Source: an uncultured delta proteobacterium (GTDB taxonomy: Bacteria; Desulfobacterota; Binatia; UBA9968). Taken from it: a stretch of DNA of 64,000 bases. The notes beneath the pieces are model-generated. The model made no database searches. It saw only the letters and a list, made by a program, of their open reading frames with translations, and was not told the origin of the DNA. Positions 53,882 through 64,000 of this stretch are shown one piece after another (position 1 is the stretch's first letter; every line of letters starts with the position of its first letter). The stretch lies in NCBI GenBank assembly GCA_963760795.1, contig CAVXEP010000030.1, forward strand, positions 178,819-242,818. The letters are read 5' to 3'. The translations under genes were made by a program, and so were the position numbers.

Positions 53882-54775
53882 ATGCTGCCAAGCCCCTTCA
53901 CACCGCACTTCTTGACCCAGCTGGAATTTCTCCGCCTGCGCACACACAAAGAGTTCCTCGGCAGCCATACCGGTAGTTACTCGTCGCCGCGGCGCGGCAC
54001 CAGTCTGGAGTTTGCCGACTACCGCCGTTACACACCCGGGGATGACTTGCGTTATCTCGATTGGGGCATCTACGCGCGCACCGACCGGCTCTACGTGAAA
54101 CTTTTTCGCGAAGAAGTCGACCTGTTCGCCTATGTCTTCATCGACGCCAGTGCGTCCATGGGTTACCCGTCGCGGGAGCTGAAGTTTCTGCCGGCGACTC
54201 ATGTCGCACTGGCGCTGAGCTATGTAGTTCTCGCCAATCACGACCATGTGAAGCTCCACTTGCTGAAAGATCGCGGCGGCACAAACGCGACGCAGTTTTA
54301 TCGCGGCCGCCGGCGCATGACCGACTGCGTCAACTTCGCCACCTCGGCAACCCCAGGCGGCGCCCTGCAACTGGCACCCGCGTTGGCCGACCATTTGAAG
54401 AGAATGCGCCGGCCGGGCAAAGCGATTTTGATTTCCGACTTCATGATGCCGGCGGCGTCCTACCAGTCCGGTTTGAATTTACTGCGCACCTTCAATCTCG
54501 ACATCGCCGTCATCCAAATCCTGTCGCGCCACGAGGTTGATCCGCGCTTTCCCAATGGCAGCTTGGCCTTGGTCGACAGCGAGACTGAGACGGAAATCAA
54601 GTATCAGTGGAACGCCGAGGCGCGCCAGGATTATCAGGCTAGGCTGGCCCGTCACAACGCCGAGCTGCGCAGCTTTTGCCATCAAAGCGGCATCCATTAT
54701 TCGCTCTATGTCACCGATCGCGATCTCAGCGACTTCGTCTTCGCCACATTGCCGGCCGTCGGCCTGTTTAAATGA
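53882..54775 (+). CDS. DUF58 family protein
   Basis: EFADYRRYTPGDDLRYLDW, IDASASM, ISDF. Confidence 0.92.
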   Translation: MLPSPFTPHFLTQLEFLRLRTHKEFLGSHTGSYSSPRRGTSLEFADYRRYTPGDDLRYLDWGIYARTDRLYVKLFREEVDLFAYVFIDASASMGYPSRELKFLPATHVALALSYVVLANHDHVKLHLLKDRGGTNATQFYRGRRRMTDCVNFATSATPGGALQLAPALADHLKRMRRPGKAILISDFMMPAASYQSGLNLLRTFNLDIAVIQILSRHEVDPRFPNGSLALVDSETETEIKYQWNAEARQDYQARLARHNAELRSFCHQSGIHYSLYVTDRDLSDFVFATLPAVGLFK

Positions 54776-54779
54776 GCCC

Positions 54780-56600
54780 ATGGAATTCTTACAACCCACC
54801 GCCCTGTTCGGCCTCTTGGCGCTACCGCTGTTGCTAATTCCCTATCTGATCCGGCGGAAGCCTCAGCGGCTGCCGTTTTCCAGCTTGCTGCTATTTATCG
54901 AAGCCGGCGAATCGGCCAGCCCCAAACCTTGGGGGCGAATCCAATTGCCGCCGCTATTTTTCCTCCAACTGTTGCTGCTGGCGCTGTTAATTTTCGCCTT
55001 GAGCGAACCGGTGTTGTCGATCCGGCCCACCAACATCGCCATTGTTTTGGACAATTCCGCAAGTATGCAGGCGCTGGAAGACGCCAAGACGCGCTTTTCG
55101 CTGGCGCAAGAACGGGCCAACGCGCTGGCCGGCGAGCTCGGTGCCGGCGGTAAAGTCGATCTCTATCTGACCACACCGACACTGGAGAAAGTTCACGCGG
55201 TGCCGCTCTCCCCCAGCGAAGCCACAGCGATCGTCGGCAAGCTATCGCCCTACGACTTGGGCGAAGCGCCAATCGATTACGACAATGTGCTGTCGCAACT
55301 GGCGAGCCAGCACAAATACCAGCGGGTTTATCTGCTGACCGATCGCCCGGAGCGCGGCCAAAGCGCCGCCGTGCGAGTGATCACCGTCGGCCAACCGCGC
55401 GCCAACTTCGCGCTGACGGCTTTCGACGTGCAGCGCTCGTCGCTGGTCAACCCCCGCTTGGAAGCGTCGGTCGAAGTCGCCAACTACTCCGAGCGCGATG
55501 AGAAAATCAAAATACTTCTAAAAGGCAACGGCGCCGAATTGGCGCACCGTGAGATCGTCGTCGGCACCGGCAAGACCGCGGCAGTTTCCTTCGAGGGTAT
55601 TGCCGACCATCCCAGCTACGAAGCCGAGATCGCCAACCGCGATGCTTTGCCGGTCGATAACCGGCGCTTCGCCGTGGCGCCGACCTCGCGCAACCTGCGG
55701 ATACTGGGAATTACGCCGCGGCCGCGCGAACTGGAAAGTTTAAGAGCCATCCCCGGCGTGCAGATCGATATCATCGCGCCCGCCGACTATGACAAAGCCG
55801 AGCGCGCCGGCTACGGCTTGGAGATTTATCATTTCGCCACGCCGGCGGCACTGCCACCCACCGCGGCGCTGTTCGTTCTGCCGCCGGAGAGTAGCTCCTT
55901 GGTCGATCTTGGCGCGCCTGTGACCAACGTGACCGTGTCCAACTGGCGTGACCCGCACATGCTGACGCGCTACGTAAACTTCAACTTATTGCGGCCGGCC
56001 TACGCCCGTCCACTCAAGCCGCAAACCGCCGGTGATATTGTTATTGACAGCGCCGCCGGCCCACTGGCATTCGCCAGCGAACGGCAAGGGGTGCGTTACC
56101 TCACCGTCGGTTTCGACCCGTTTCCCTACTTGGGGCGCGACAACTTGCCGATGTCGGTGTTTACCTTGAATCTGCTCGACTGGTTTTTCGACAGCCGCAG
56201 CGGCAAAAACCAAGCCACCGGCGAGGCAATCTTTCTCGGCAAAGTTCAAGACGGCGATCAGATCCTCCTGCCGGGCGGCAAAAGCCTGGCAATAACCCCA
56301 GGAGCGAGATTTTTTGGCGGAGCATTTTACCAGGGCCTCTATCAATTGCACCGCGGCAGCGAGCGTCAGCTATTCGCGCGTAATTTGCTCGATCGCGGCG
56401 AGTCCGACCTGCGTACTCCGGCGCCCGTCGCCATCGGCGGCGGCAGCCCGATCGGCGCCAGCGCATCGGTGCTGTTTTCCTTTTGGCCCTATCTATTGAT
56501 CGCGTCGCTAGCGCTGCTGTTACTTGAATGGTTCGTAAGCCCGCGCATGGCTTTCGTCAAACCGTTGCGCGCCCCGCCGCGGCTGGCACAACGGTCATGA
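54780..56600 (+). CDS. BatA N-terminal / VWA domain membrane protein
   Basis: MEFLQP...PFSSL double-TM motif, VLDNSASM, LLTD, C-terminal LLLEW. Confidence 0.85.
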   Translation: MEFLQPTALFGLLALPLLLIPYLIRRKPQRLPFSSLLLFIEAGESASPKPWGRIQLPPLFFLQLLLLALLIFALSEPVLSIRPTNIAIVLDNSASMQALEDAKTRFSLAQERANALAGELGAGGKVDLYLTTPTLEKVHAVPLSPSEATAIVGKLSPYDLGEAPIDYDNVLSQLASQHKYQRVYLLTDRPERGQSAAVRVITVGQPRANFALTAFDVQRSSLVNPRLEASVEVANYSERDEKIKILLKGNGAELAHREIVVGTGKTAAVSFEGIADHPSYEAEIANRDALPVDNRRFAVAPTSRNLRILGITPRPRELESLRAIPGVQIDIIAPADYDKAERAGYGLEIYHFATPAALPPTAALFVLPPESSSLVDLGAPVTNVTVSNWRDPHMLTRYVNFNLLRPAYARPLKPQTAGDIVIDSAAGPLAFASERQGVRYLTVGFDPFPYLGRDNLPMSVFTLNLLDWFFDSRSGKNQATGEAIFLGKVQDGDQILLPGGKSLAITPGARFFGGAFYQGLYQLHRGSERQLFARNLLDRGESDLRTPAPVAIGGGSPIGASASVLFSFWPYLLIASLALLLLEWFVSPRMAFVKPLRAPPRLAQRS

Positions 56601-59141
56601 AAAATCTCCTCGCCAATATCGAGTTCGCCCGGCCCTATTTTCTCTGGCTCGTACTTTTGCTGCCGCTGCTCTGGCTGCGCTTGGGCGACCGGCGTTTATG
56701 GGTATTGCTGGCACGCTCAGTGATTCTGGGACTGGTGATTCTCACGCTTGCCGATCCGCAGACCACCAGCCAGCAATCGCGCCAGGAAGAACGGATCTTC
56801 GCCTACGATGTCTCGCGCAGCGTGCCGCCAAGCATGCGCCCGTGGATGGCAAGCATGACCAAGCAACTGGCGCCTGGGAAGAGCGACCGCATCTATACTT
56901 TCGCCGCCGCAGCCAAGCAAAGCGCCAGTCTTGAACAGGCTCTCGGCGGCGATGCCAGCGCCAGCCAGCCGGACAAGACCAATTTGGAAAATCTTTTAAC
57001 TTCGCTCCTCACCCTTCCAGTCGCGCCGCGCTCAGTTTTCTTATTCACAGATGGTTGGGAAACCGATGGTAACGTCGAACGGCTGCTACCCGCCGCCGCC
57101 GCCGCGGGGATTAGAATCTATCCCATGCTGCCGGCAGAACGGCCGGCCATCGCCAATGTCGCCGTCACCAAAGTGATCGCGCCCAGCCAGGGCATGCGCG
57201 GCGAATTGCTCAATTTAAGAGTCAGCTTGGACAACCAGAACGACCGCCCAGTCGACGGCGTGTTGACGCTCACCAGAAACGGCCAACCGTTCAAAACCGA
57301 CCGGATCAAGCTACGGCCGGGAAGCCAGAGTCTGAGCTACCAAGCCAATCTCACCGGCGAGGCGCTCACCGCCTATCGAGCGAGCTTCGCCGCTGTCGAC
57401 GCGGCTGCCGATGTTTTCACGCCGGACAATCACGCGTTGGCCTGGGTCAACGTGCGGACCAAAGCGAAAGTCCTGATCGTTAACGGTGCCGGCGGCTCGG
57501 GCCGCTACTTGGACGAGATCGCCCGCCGTCAGGGCTTTGACGTAGTTTCTAGTGGTGCCGAGGGTGCGCCGCCGCCGGCAGGACACAAAGTCGTGATATT
57601 TAATAACGTGCCGCGGGAGCGCTTTTCCGCGGCTTACCTCGCCAGCGTCGAGCGTCATGTCGCCGACGGCGGCTCTTTCATCATGCTCGGCGCCGACGCC
57701 AGTTTCGCCCAGAACAGCTATCGGCAAACCCCGATTGAAAGAATCCTACCGGTGGAACCCAAGGAACCGCCGAAACAGCCGGAAAAAAATCGCGCCGTCG
57801 TGTTGGTCATAGACAAGTCGGGCAGCATGCGCGACGACAATCGGATTCTGTTCGCCAAGGAAGCGGCCAAAGCAGTGGCGCGCCAGCTTAAAGACATCGA
57901 TCTACTAGGTGTCGTCGGTTTCGACGACAGTCCGTTTGTCGTCGTCTACTTGGAATCCATGGCTCGATTACGCGGGGTTATCGACAACCAAATCGACCGG
58001 CTCAAGCCGGGCGGACAGACTTATTTTCTACCGGCATTGCTGGAAGCCCGGCGCCAGCTCGAACGGTCCAATGCCTCGCGCAAACATGTCATCCTAATCA
58101 GCGATGGCGTGACCCGCGGCAGTCAAGGCGAGCTAGTGGATCTGGTTGGCGTCGATGAAGAACGACAGCAAAATCACCGTCTCCGCCGTGGCGGTTAGCA
58201 ATGACGCGGATGTCAGAATCATGAAGCGGGTGGCACAATACGGCGGCGGCCTGTTCCACCACACCGTCGATCCGTCGAGTCTGCCGCAGATCGTTCTTGA
58301 ACAGCTCCAGGACAAACCCCGCGACGACCCCAAGGACAATCGCCCGCTGATTCCAGTACAGTCCGGCGGCTCTGAACTGTTGGCCGGGTTCGGCGTGAGA
58401 AATTATCCGGCGGTGCTGGGCTATATGGACACCGAAGTTAAAAAGGGCGCCCAGGCTGATCTAATCATCCCGCGCGATGATCGCCGTGCACCGCTGCTCG
58501 CTTCTTGGCGCTACGGCAAAGGCAAATCGGTTGCCTTCACCAGCGATCTGGAGGGACGCTGGACGCGCAATTGGGTTCCCTGGGATGGACTACAGGGTTT
58601 TTGGGGCCGGATCTTAGAATGGCTCAGCCCCAGCGAACAAAACTTGATCCCGTTGCACGAAGCCCGGGTCAGCTTCACCGGCGGGCAATCGATCCTCGAT
58701 CTGACGGTCTATGAAGAGAGCAGCGCCAACAGCCAGTTCCGCTTTTCACTAGCCGGCAAGAGTGGCAAAACCGATGGCGCGCTAACCAAACTTGCGCCCG
58801 GTCATTTCCAAGTGGTCCTGCCGGCCAGCGCCAGCGGCGATTACCGCATCGACTTGAGCGAGGAGCGAGCCGGCCAGCGCATCGCCTACCCGCCAGTCGC
58901 CTACACGTTAGCTTACGACCGCAGCGCCGAAGTGCCACGCCCGGAATTCAACTACCGACTACTCGCAAGATTGGCGGAAGGCAGCGGCGGCGAAATCAAT
59001 CCACGCTCACCTGACAGGCTGCCGCGTGAAAGTCTGACCAAGAACTTCCAGCCGGTACGCCAGCCGCTGCTGATCCTGGCTTTCGTCCTTTTGCTCGTCG
59101 AGATCGCCCTACGGCGCATCGTTTTTAGGGAATCCGAGTAA
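56597..59141 (+). CDS. Double-VWA / GATase-like membrane protein (apparent +1 frameshift at ~58147)
   Basis: DVSRS/FTDG and IDKSGSM/ISDG MIDAS motifs. Removing one T joins it to ...PLLASWRYGKGK...LLVEIALRR. Confidence 0.82.
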
Positions 59142-59208
59142 GCCCAGATTCGCTCCTAACACCGCGAATTGTCCGGGTAATTGGACTTTTATTAACGACA
59201 ATTTTGGG

Positions 59209-59237
59209 TTGACAGGCCGGCCCTAACAGACTATAAG
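59209..59237 (+). promoter_or_regulatory. Putative sigma70 promoter of the M23 peptidase gene
   Basis: TTGACA-17 bp-TATAAG. Confidence 0.6.
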
Positions 59238-59246
59238 TTGTAATCT

Positions 59247-60662
59247 TTGTTTACTATGGCTTGCCATACTACACCATCCGGTCAGCTCCATGATCGCCGC
59301 CCCGGAGAACCAGGGATGTCGATTTTTCCGAGAATTTTGGCCATGGCTGCGGTCATTGGCTCACTCGCGGTTGCACCGCTCAATAGTGAAGCGGCCAAGC
59401 AACTCCCAGCTCAGAAGCAAGCCGTGCGCGGTAAACAAGCTCCGAAACCAGCGTCCAGCGTCCCGGCAAGGCGGCTCACTACGGACCAAGCTCACCGCGT
59501 TCTCCTACTCCAGCCAAGCTCGTCACCCATAGATTTTTCGGATAGATATGAACTCGTTAACTACCGGGTGCACCCCGGGCAGACCCTTTCGGACGTACTG
59601 ACCCGTCACAAAGTGTCCAAAGCTGAAAGCCTCTTATGGGCACGCACCATGACCAGAACTGTCGGCAGTGAAGCATTACCGTCGGGAAAAGAGACACATC
59701 TTTTCTTTGGCAAGTCACTGATCCGCGGTCGCGGCCCGCTAAACCGCGGCCCGCTCAAAGCCGTGGAGATCGATCAAAACGACTCCTTCACCTTAATCCT
59801 GGAAAAAGGCATCCGCGGCATCTTCGTCCAGAGCCGTGAAAAGCCCTACGACGTCGAAGTCAAAGCGATCAGCGCATCGATTGAAAACTCACTCTTCGAC
59901 GATGGTCGCAAGGCCGGTGTCCACCCGGCGCTGCTTTCCCAGCTTGCCGACCTGTTCACCTGGGATATCGACCTGGAAAAAGATATTCGCAAAGGCGATC
60001 ACTTCAAGATTCTCTACGAGCAGCGCAGCCGCAAGGGCCAGGAAACCAAAACCGGGGTACGTATCTTAGCGGCTGAACTCCATAGCGCCGGCCAAAAGCA
60101 CACGGCGGTGTATTTTGAGCGGCAAAAAGGCGTTGGCAACTATTACAATCAAGAGGGACGCAGTCTGGCGCGCGCCTTCTTACGCTTCCCCGTGGAATTC
60201 AGCGCGATCACGTCGCCCTTCTCCGAATCGAGATTTCATCCACTCTTACGCACCAACCTGCCCCATACCGGAGTCGACTTTGCCGCCCAGCGCGGCACCC
60301 CGGTTCGGGCTGTGGGTGACGGCATTATCGCCGAGGCGGGTTGGAACGGCAGCTACGGTAAGGCTGTCGACATCAAGCATGACTCAACTTACTCCAGCCG
60401 TTACGCTCATCTGGATGGATTTGCCGAAGGTATTCAACCCGGCGTAGCGGTGACCAAGGGTCAGCTAATCGGCTATGTCGGCTCCACTGGAAGATCCACC
60501 GGGCCGCACCTCCATTTCGAGCTTTATAAAGATGAAAAATATATCAATCCTTTAAGCATCGACTTTCCCGCGGAAGATCACCTTGATCCGACACTGCAGA
60601 GACTCTTCGAAAACCAAATGCGGACCTACATGGACGAGCTCAAGTCCTCGCCGCAGTCCTAG
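59247..60662 (+). CDS. M23 family peptidoglycan DD-endopeptidase (MepM-like)
   Basis: HTGVDFAA, YAHL, GRSTGPHLHFE. Start uncertain (ATG 59316 is an alternative). Confidence 0.9.
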   Translation: MFTMACHTTPSGQLHDRRPGEPGMSIFPRILAMAAVIGSLAVAPLNSEAAKQLPAQKQAVRGKQAPKPASSVPARRLTTDQAHRVLLLQPSSSPIDFSDRYELVNYRVHPGQTLSDVLTRHKVSKAESLLWARTMTRTVGSEALPSGKETHLFFGKSLIRGRGPLNRGPLKAVEIDQNDSFTLILEKGIRGIFVQSREKPYDVEVKAISASIENSLFDDGRKAGVHPALLSQLADLFTWDIDLEKDIRKGDHFKILYEQRSRKGQETKTGVRILAAELHSAGQKHTAVYFERQKGVGNYYNQEGRSLARAFLRFPVEFSAITSPFSESRFHPLLRTNLPHTGVDFAAQRGTPVRAVGDGIIAEAGWNGSYGKAVDIKHDSTYSSRYAHLDGFAEGIQPGVAVTKGQLIGYVGSTGRSTGPHLHFELYKDEKYINPLSIDFPAEDHLDPTLQRLFENQMRTYMDELKSSPQS

Positions 60663-60753
60663 CCCCAAACCCATCCTGACTAACCTTAGCCGTGCTATTA
60701 GCTCTCTCTGAGCCTAGCGTTTTCTTAGTTTTCTCAATATTATCGCGCTCACA

Positions 60754-61226
60754 GTGAGCAGCTTGCGGTGCAAATTGACCCTCGCTCTAGCCACCGGAGC
60801 CGGCGTCGGATACTCTCCGTTTTTTCCCGGAACGAGGGGAACTTTATTCGCCATGCCAATCTCGCTTGCTCGCAATCGCCTGGCCGAGACCGCTCCCATG
60901 TTCGCGCTGATTCTGTTGGTTGGATTGACCTTCGGGGCAATAAAAATTTGACCGCTGCGGCTGAGATTATGCACCTGAAAGATTTGCAAATTATCGTCGC
61001 CGACGAGGTCGTCGGCTTCATGTTCGCCAACTTTCTCGCGCCCCTGTGCTGGGCGCCGTTGCTGCTGGGTTTCCTGCTGTTTCGCATTTTCGATATCGCC
61101 AAGGTTTACCCAGCGGCGCAGCTGGAAAACCTCCCCGGCGGGGATGGCATCGTCCTCGACGACGTGCTGGCGGGAATTTGTGCATTTGTCATCGTCCTAA
61201 CCCTACTTTATTGGCGGTGGTTATGA
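60754..61226 (+). CDS. pgpA: Phosphatidylglycerophosphatase A (apparent -1 frameshift at ~60948)
   Basis: ATGAGVGYSPFFPGT in one frame; IVADEVVG, LFRIFDIAK, GIVLDDVLAG in the other. Conserved position before cinA. Confidence 0.8.
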
Positions 61227-62471
61227 TCGAAAAAGCAGTTATCTTGAGTACCGGCGATGAACTGACCACCGGTAAAGTGGTCGACACCAACTCGGCCTTC
61301 ATCGCCGATCGCTTGTTCGCATTGGGCATCCGCGTGGCCGCGGTGGTGAAAGTCGGCGACGACCGCGACCAGATGCTCTGGGCCCTGCGCCAAGCGCAGG
61401 AGTTCGGCGATATCGTCATCGGCACCGGCGGCTTGGGGCCGACTGCAGATGATTTGACAACAGAATTGGTCGCTGAGTTCCTCGGCGTCAAGACTAAACA
61501 AGATGACGGCGTGGCGGCGGCGCTTAAAGCGCGCTTCGCGAAGCGCCGTGTGGCATTTACGGCGAATAATCTCAAACAGGCGGTCTTCCCCGAGGGTGCG
61601 GTCATCATTGCCAATCCGAACGGCACCGCGCCCGGTTTTCGCGTCGAGCTCGGTCAAGGCAAAACACTCCTGTGGCTTTCCGGCGTGCCCCACGAGATGA
61701 GTGCCATGCTGCGCGAGTCGGTGCTACCATGGATCATCGAACAGAACGGCAGTCAATCGATGATTCACGAGGCTACCTTCAAAATTCATGGCATTAGCGA
61801 ATCTAAATTGGACGATCTGGTTAAGCCGGTGGATTTGGATAACTTCGCCAAGCTGTCCTTTCGCGCCCATTTCCCCGATTTGACCCTGCGGCTAACGGTA
61901 AATGGCGGCGCGGCGGAGACTGAACATTTTTTAAACTTGCGCGGGCAGATCAAAACCATCCTCGACGACTACATTTATACCGATGGCGACTTGACCATGG
62001 AAGAAGTGGTCGGCCAGCTGCTGCTGCGCAAGCAACATACTCTGGCCCTCGCCGAGTCTTGCACCGGCGGATTGATCAGCCACCGCATCACCCGAATAGC
62101 CGGCAGCTCGAGTCTACTTTCTCGGCGCTGCAATAACCTATTCGAATGCCGAGAAGATTCGCGCGCTGGGCGTCAATCCGGCGACATTGAATCGTGTCGG
62201 CGCGGTTAGCCGAGACACCGCGTTGGAAATGTCGCAGGGTATCCGGCAGCGCACCGGCGCCACCATCGGACTCAGCGTCACCGGGGTGGCCGGCCCATCG
62301 GGCGGTAGCTCCGACAAGCCAGTCGGTACGGTCTGGGTGAGCATCTGCCGGGACAACTTTCACCAAGCCAGACTCCTCAATCTCATGGTCCTGACCGATC
62401 GCGAACGGATCGTGCAAGGCACCGCCCAAGCGGCGTTGAACTGGCTGCGCCAACTGCTTTCGCGTGAGTAG
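61223..62471 (+). CDS. cinA: Competence/damage-inducible protein CinA (apparent +1 frameshift at ~62112)
   Basis: STGDEL...DTN, GGLGPTADD, NPNGTAPG, AESCTGG, then GAVS...TGVAGPSGG..KPVGTV. Confidence 0.9.
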
Positions 62472-62477
62472 CAGGTC

Positions 62478-63050
62478 ATGATCCGCGCATTTGTCGCCGT
62501 GGAAATCGCGCCGACGACAATCGCTGGCATCACGTCGGCAATTGCCCAGTTGAAACCCAAACTGCCAGCCATCCGTTGGGTCGCGCCGGCGAACTTTCAC
62601 TTGACCCTCAAGTTCCTGGGCGATATTGACGCGAGCCAGGTAAATGCCATCGGTTCAGCGCTGCAACTGGCGCTCGCCCCCTTTCCGCGCTGCACCATAA
62701 ATGCTAAAGGTCTAGGGGTATTCCCTGGGGTGAGACGAGCAAAAATTTTGTGGGTGGGATTTTTCGGAGACGAGATAGCGCGGTTGGCGGCAAACATAGA
62801 TCGAGCGTTGTTGGCGCTGGAATTTTCCGCTGAACCAAGAGAATTCACACCGCATCTAACCATCGGCCGCTGGCGCCACGTCGACCGGCCGGAGGTTAAT
62901 CTCAAGCAGGAATTGCATCGCTGGCGCGACCGGGACTTTGGCGCGACGATCGTCGACCGGGTGAGCTTATACCAAAGCGTGCTCGAGCCCACGGGGGCGG
63001 TATATTCGCCACTGAAAGTAATTAAGCTTAACGACCAGGCAATCGACTAG
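62478..63050 (+). CDS. thpR: RNA 2',3'-cyclic phosphodiesterase (2H family)
   Basis: [23 protein letters not shown]. Confidence 0.92.
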   Translation: MIRAFVAVEIAPTTIAGITSAIAQLKPKLPAIRWVAPANFHLTLKFLGDIDASQVNAIGSALQLALAPFPRCTINAKGLGVFPGVRRAKILWVGFFGDEIARLAANIDRALLALEFSAEPREFTPHLTIGRWRHVDRPEVNLKQELHRWRDRDFGATIVDRVSLYQSVLEPTGAVYSPLKVIKLNDQAID

Positions 63051-63060
63051 GAGGCAGGAA

Positions 63061-64000
63061 ATGGATGCAAATCGGGAGAAGGCGATCGACCTCGCAATAA
63101 GTCAGATCGAAAAACAGTTCGGTAAGGGCGCGATCATGAAGCTCGGCGAGGGCGGCATCGTCAAAGACGTGCAGACCATTTCCACCGGCTCCCTAGGACT
63201 CGACATCGCGCTCGGTATCGGCGGCGTACCCTGCGGCCGCGTGGTCGAGATCTACGGCCCAGAATCCTCCGGCAAAACCACCCTGGCGCTGCAGATCGTC
63301 GCCGAAGCCCAGAAGAGCGGCGGCATGGGCGCTTTCATCGACGCCGAGCATGCCCTGGATCTCGGCTATGCCCAGAAACTCGGCGTGCAGACCGATGATT
63401 TACTCGTTTCACAACCGGATCATGGCGAGCAGGCTTTGGAAATCGCCGAGACCTTGGTGCGCAGCGGCGCCATCGATGTTTTAGTCGTCGACTCGGTGGC
63501 CGCTTTGGTGCCCAAAGCCGAAATCGAGGGCGAGATGGGCGACTCGCATATGGGCTTGCAAGCCCGCCTCATGTCGCAGGCGTTGAGAAAGCTCACCGCC
63601 ACCATCGCTCGTTCGCACACGGTGGTCATCTTCATCAACCAGATCCGCATGAAGATCGGCGTCATGTTCGGCAACCCCGAAACCACCACCGGCGGCAACG
63701 CCCTCAAGTTCTACGCCTCGGTGCGCATGGATATCCGGCGCATCGGCGCGCTCAAAGACGGCGATAATATTGTCGGCGGGCGCACCCGGGTAAAGGTCGT
63801 CAAAAACAAAATGGCGCCGCCGTTTAAGGAGGCCGAGTTCGATATTCTCTACGGCACGGGGATTTCCCGCGATGGCGAGATCGTCGATATCGGCAGCGAG
63901 ATGGGGGTCATCGAGAAAAGCGGCGCCTGGTACTCTCATGGCGGCGAGCGCATCGGCCAAGGCCGGGAACAGGCCAAGCAGTTTCTCAGGGATCATCCGG
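63061..64000 (+). CDS. recA: Recombinase RecA (partial, runs off the window end)
   Basis: GGAGG RBS; [46 protein letters not shown]. Confidence 0.98.
   Translation, partial: MDANREKAIDLAISQIEKQFGKGAIMKLGEGGIVKDVQTISTGSLGLDIALGIGGVPCGRVVEIYGPESSGKTTLALQIVAEAQKSGGMGAFIDAEHALDLGYAQKLGVQTDDLLVSQPDHGEQALEIAETLVRSGAIDVLVVDSVAALVPKAEIEGEMGDSHMGLQARLMSQALRKLTATIARSHTVVIFINQIRMKIGVMFGNPETTTGGNALKFYASVRMDIRRIGALKDGDNIVGGRTRVKVVKNKMAPPFKEAEFDILYGTGISRDGEIVDIGSEMGVIEKSGAWYSHGGERIGQGREQAKQFLRDHP

Overview
GC-rich bacterial chromosome segment. The rRNA operon, the zapB-zapA-6S-ygfA-rny-ymdB-tyrS order, the pgpA-cinA-thpR-recA order and many orphan solute-binding proteins suggest a deltaproteobacteria-like lineage such as Candidatus Binatia (inference, no search run). 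1-21 kb is accessory metabolism with gene remnants. It includes a 3.6-kb islet, bounded by a 71-bp direct repeat, that encodes a stand-alone adenylation-carrier-luciferase-like monooxygenase protein. 22-33 kb is a complete rRNA operon plus core genes. 33-53 kb is the best candidate for an undescribed system: a ~20-kb metal-trafficking cluster. It contains NikR with two candidate operators, a TonB-dependent receptor, CopC, a CopD fusion, three SCO proteins, three Cox11/CtaG-like paralogs carrying a single Cys, VKOR-Trx and a probable selenocysteine rhodanese. It also has two His-rich leader proteins ending in a RAPP ribosome-arrest motif, each followed by a hairpin that could hide the next gene's RBS. 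53-64 kb holds queC, DUF58/BatA/VWA genes, an M23 peptidase and pgpA-cinA-thpR-recA. About nine single-base frameshifts, mostly at doubled bases or homopolymers, are probably sequencing errors.
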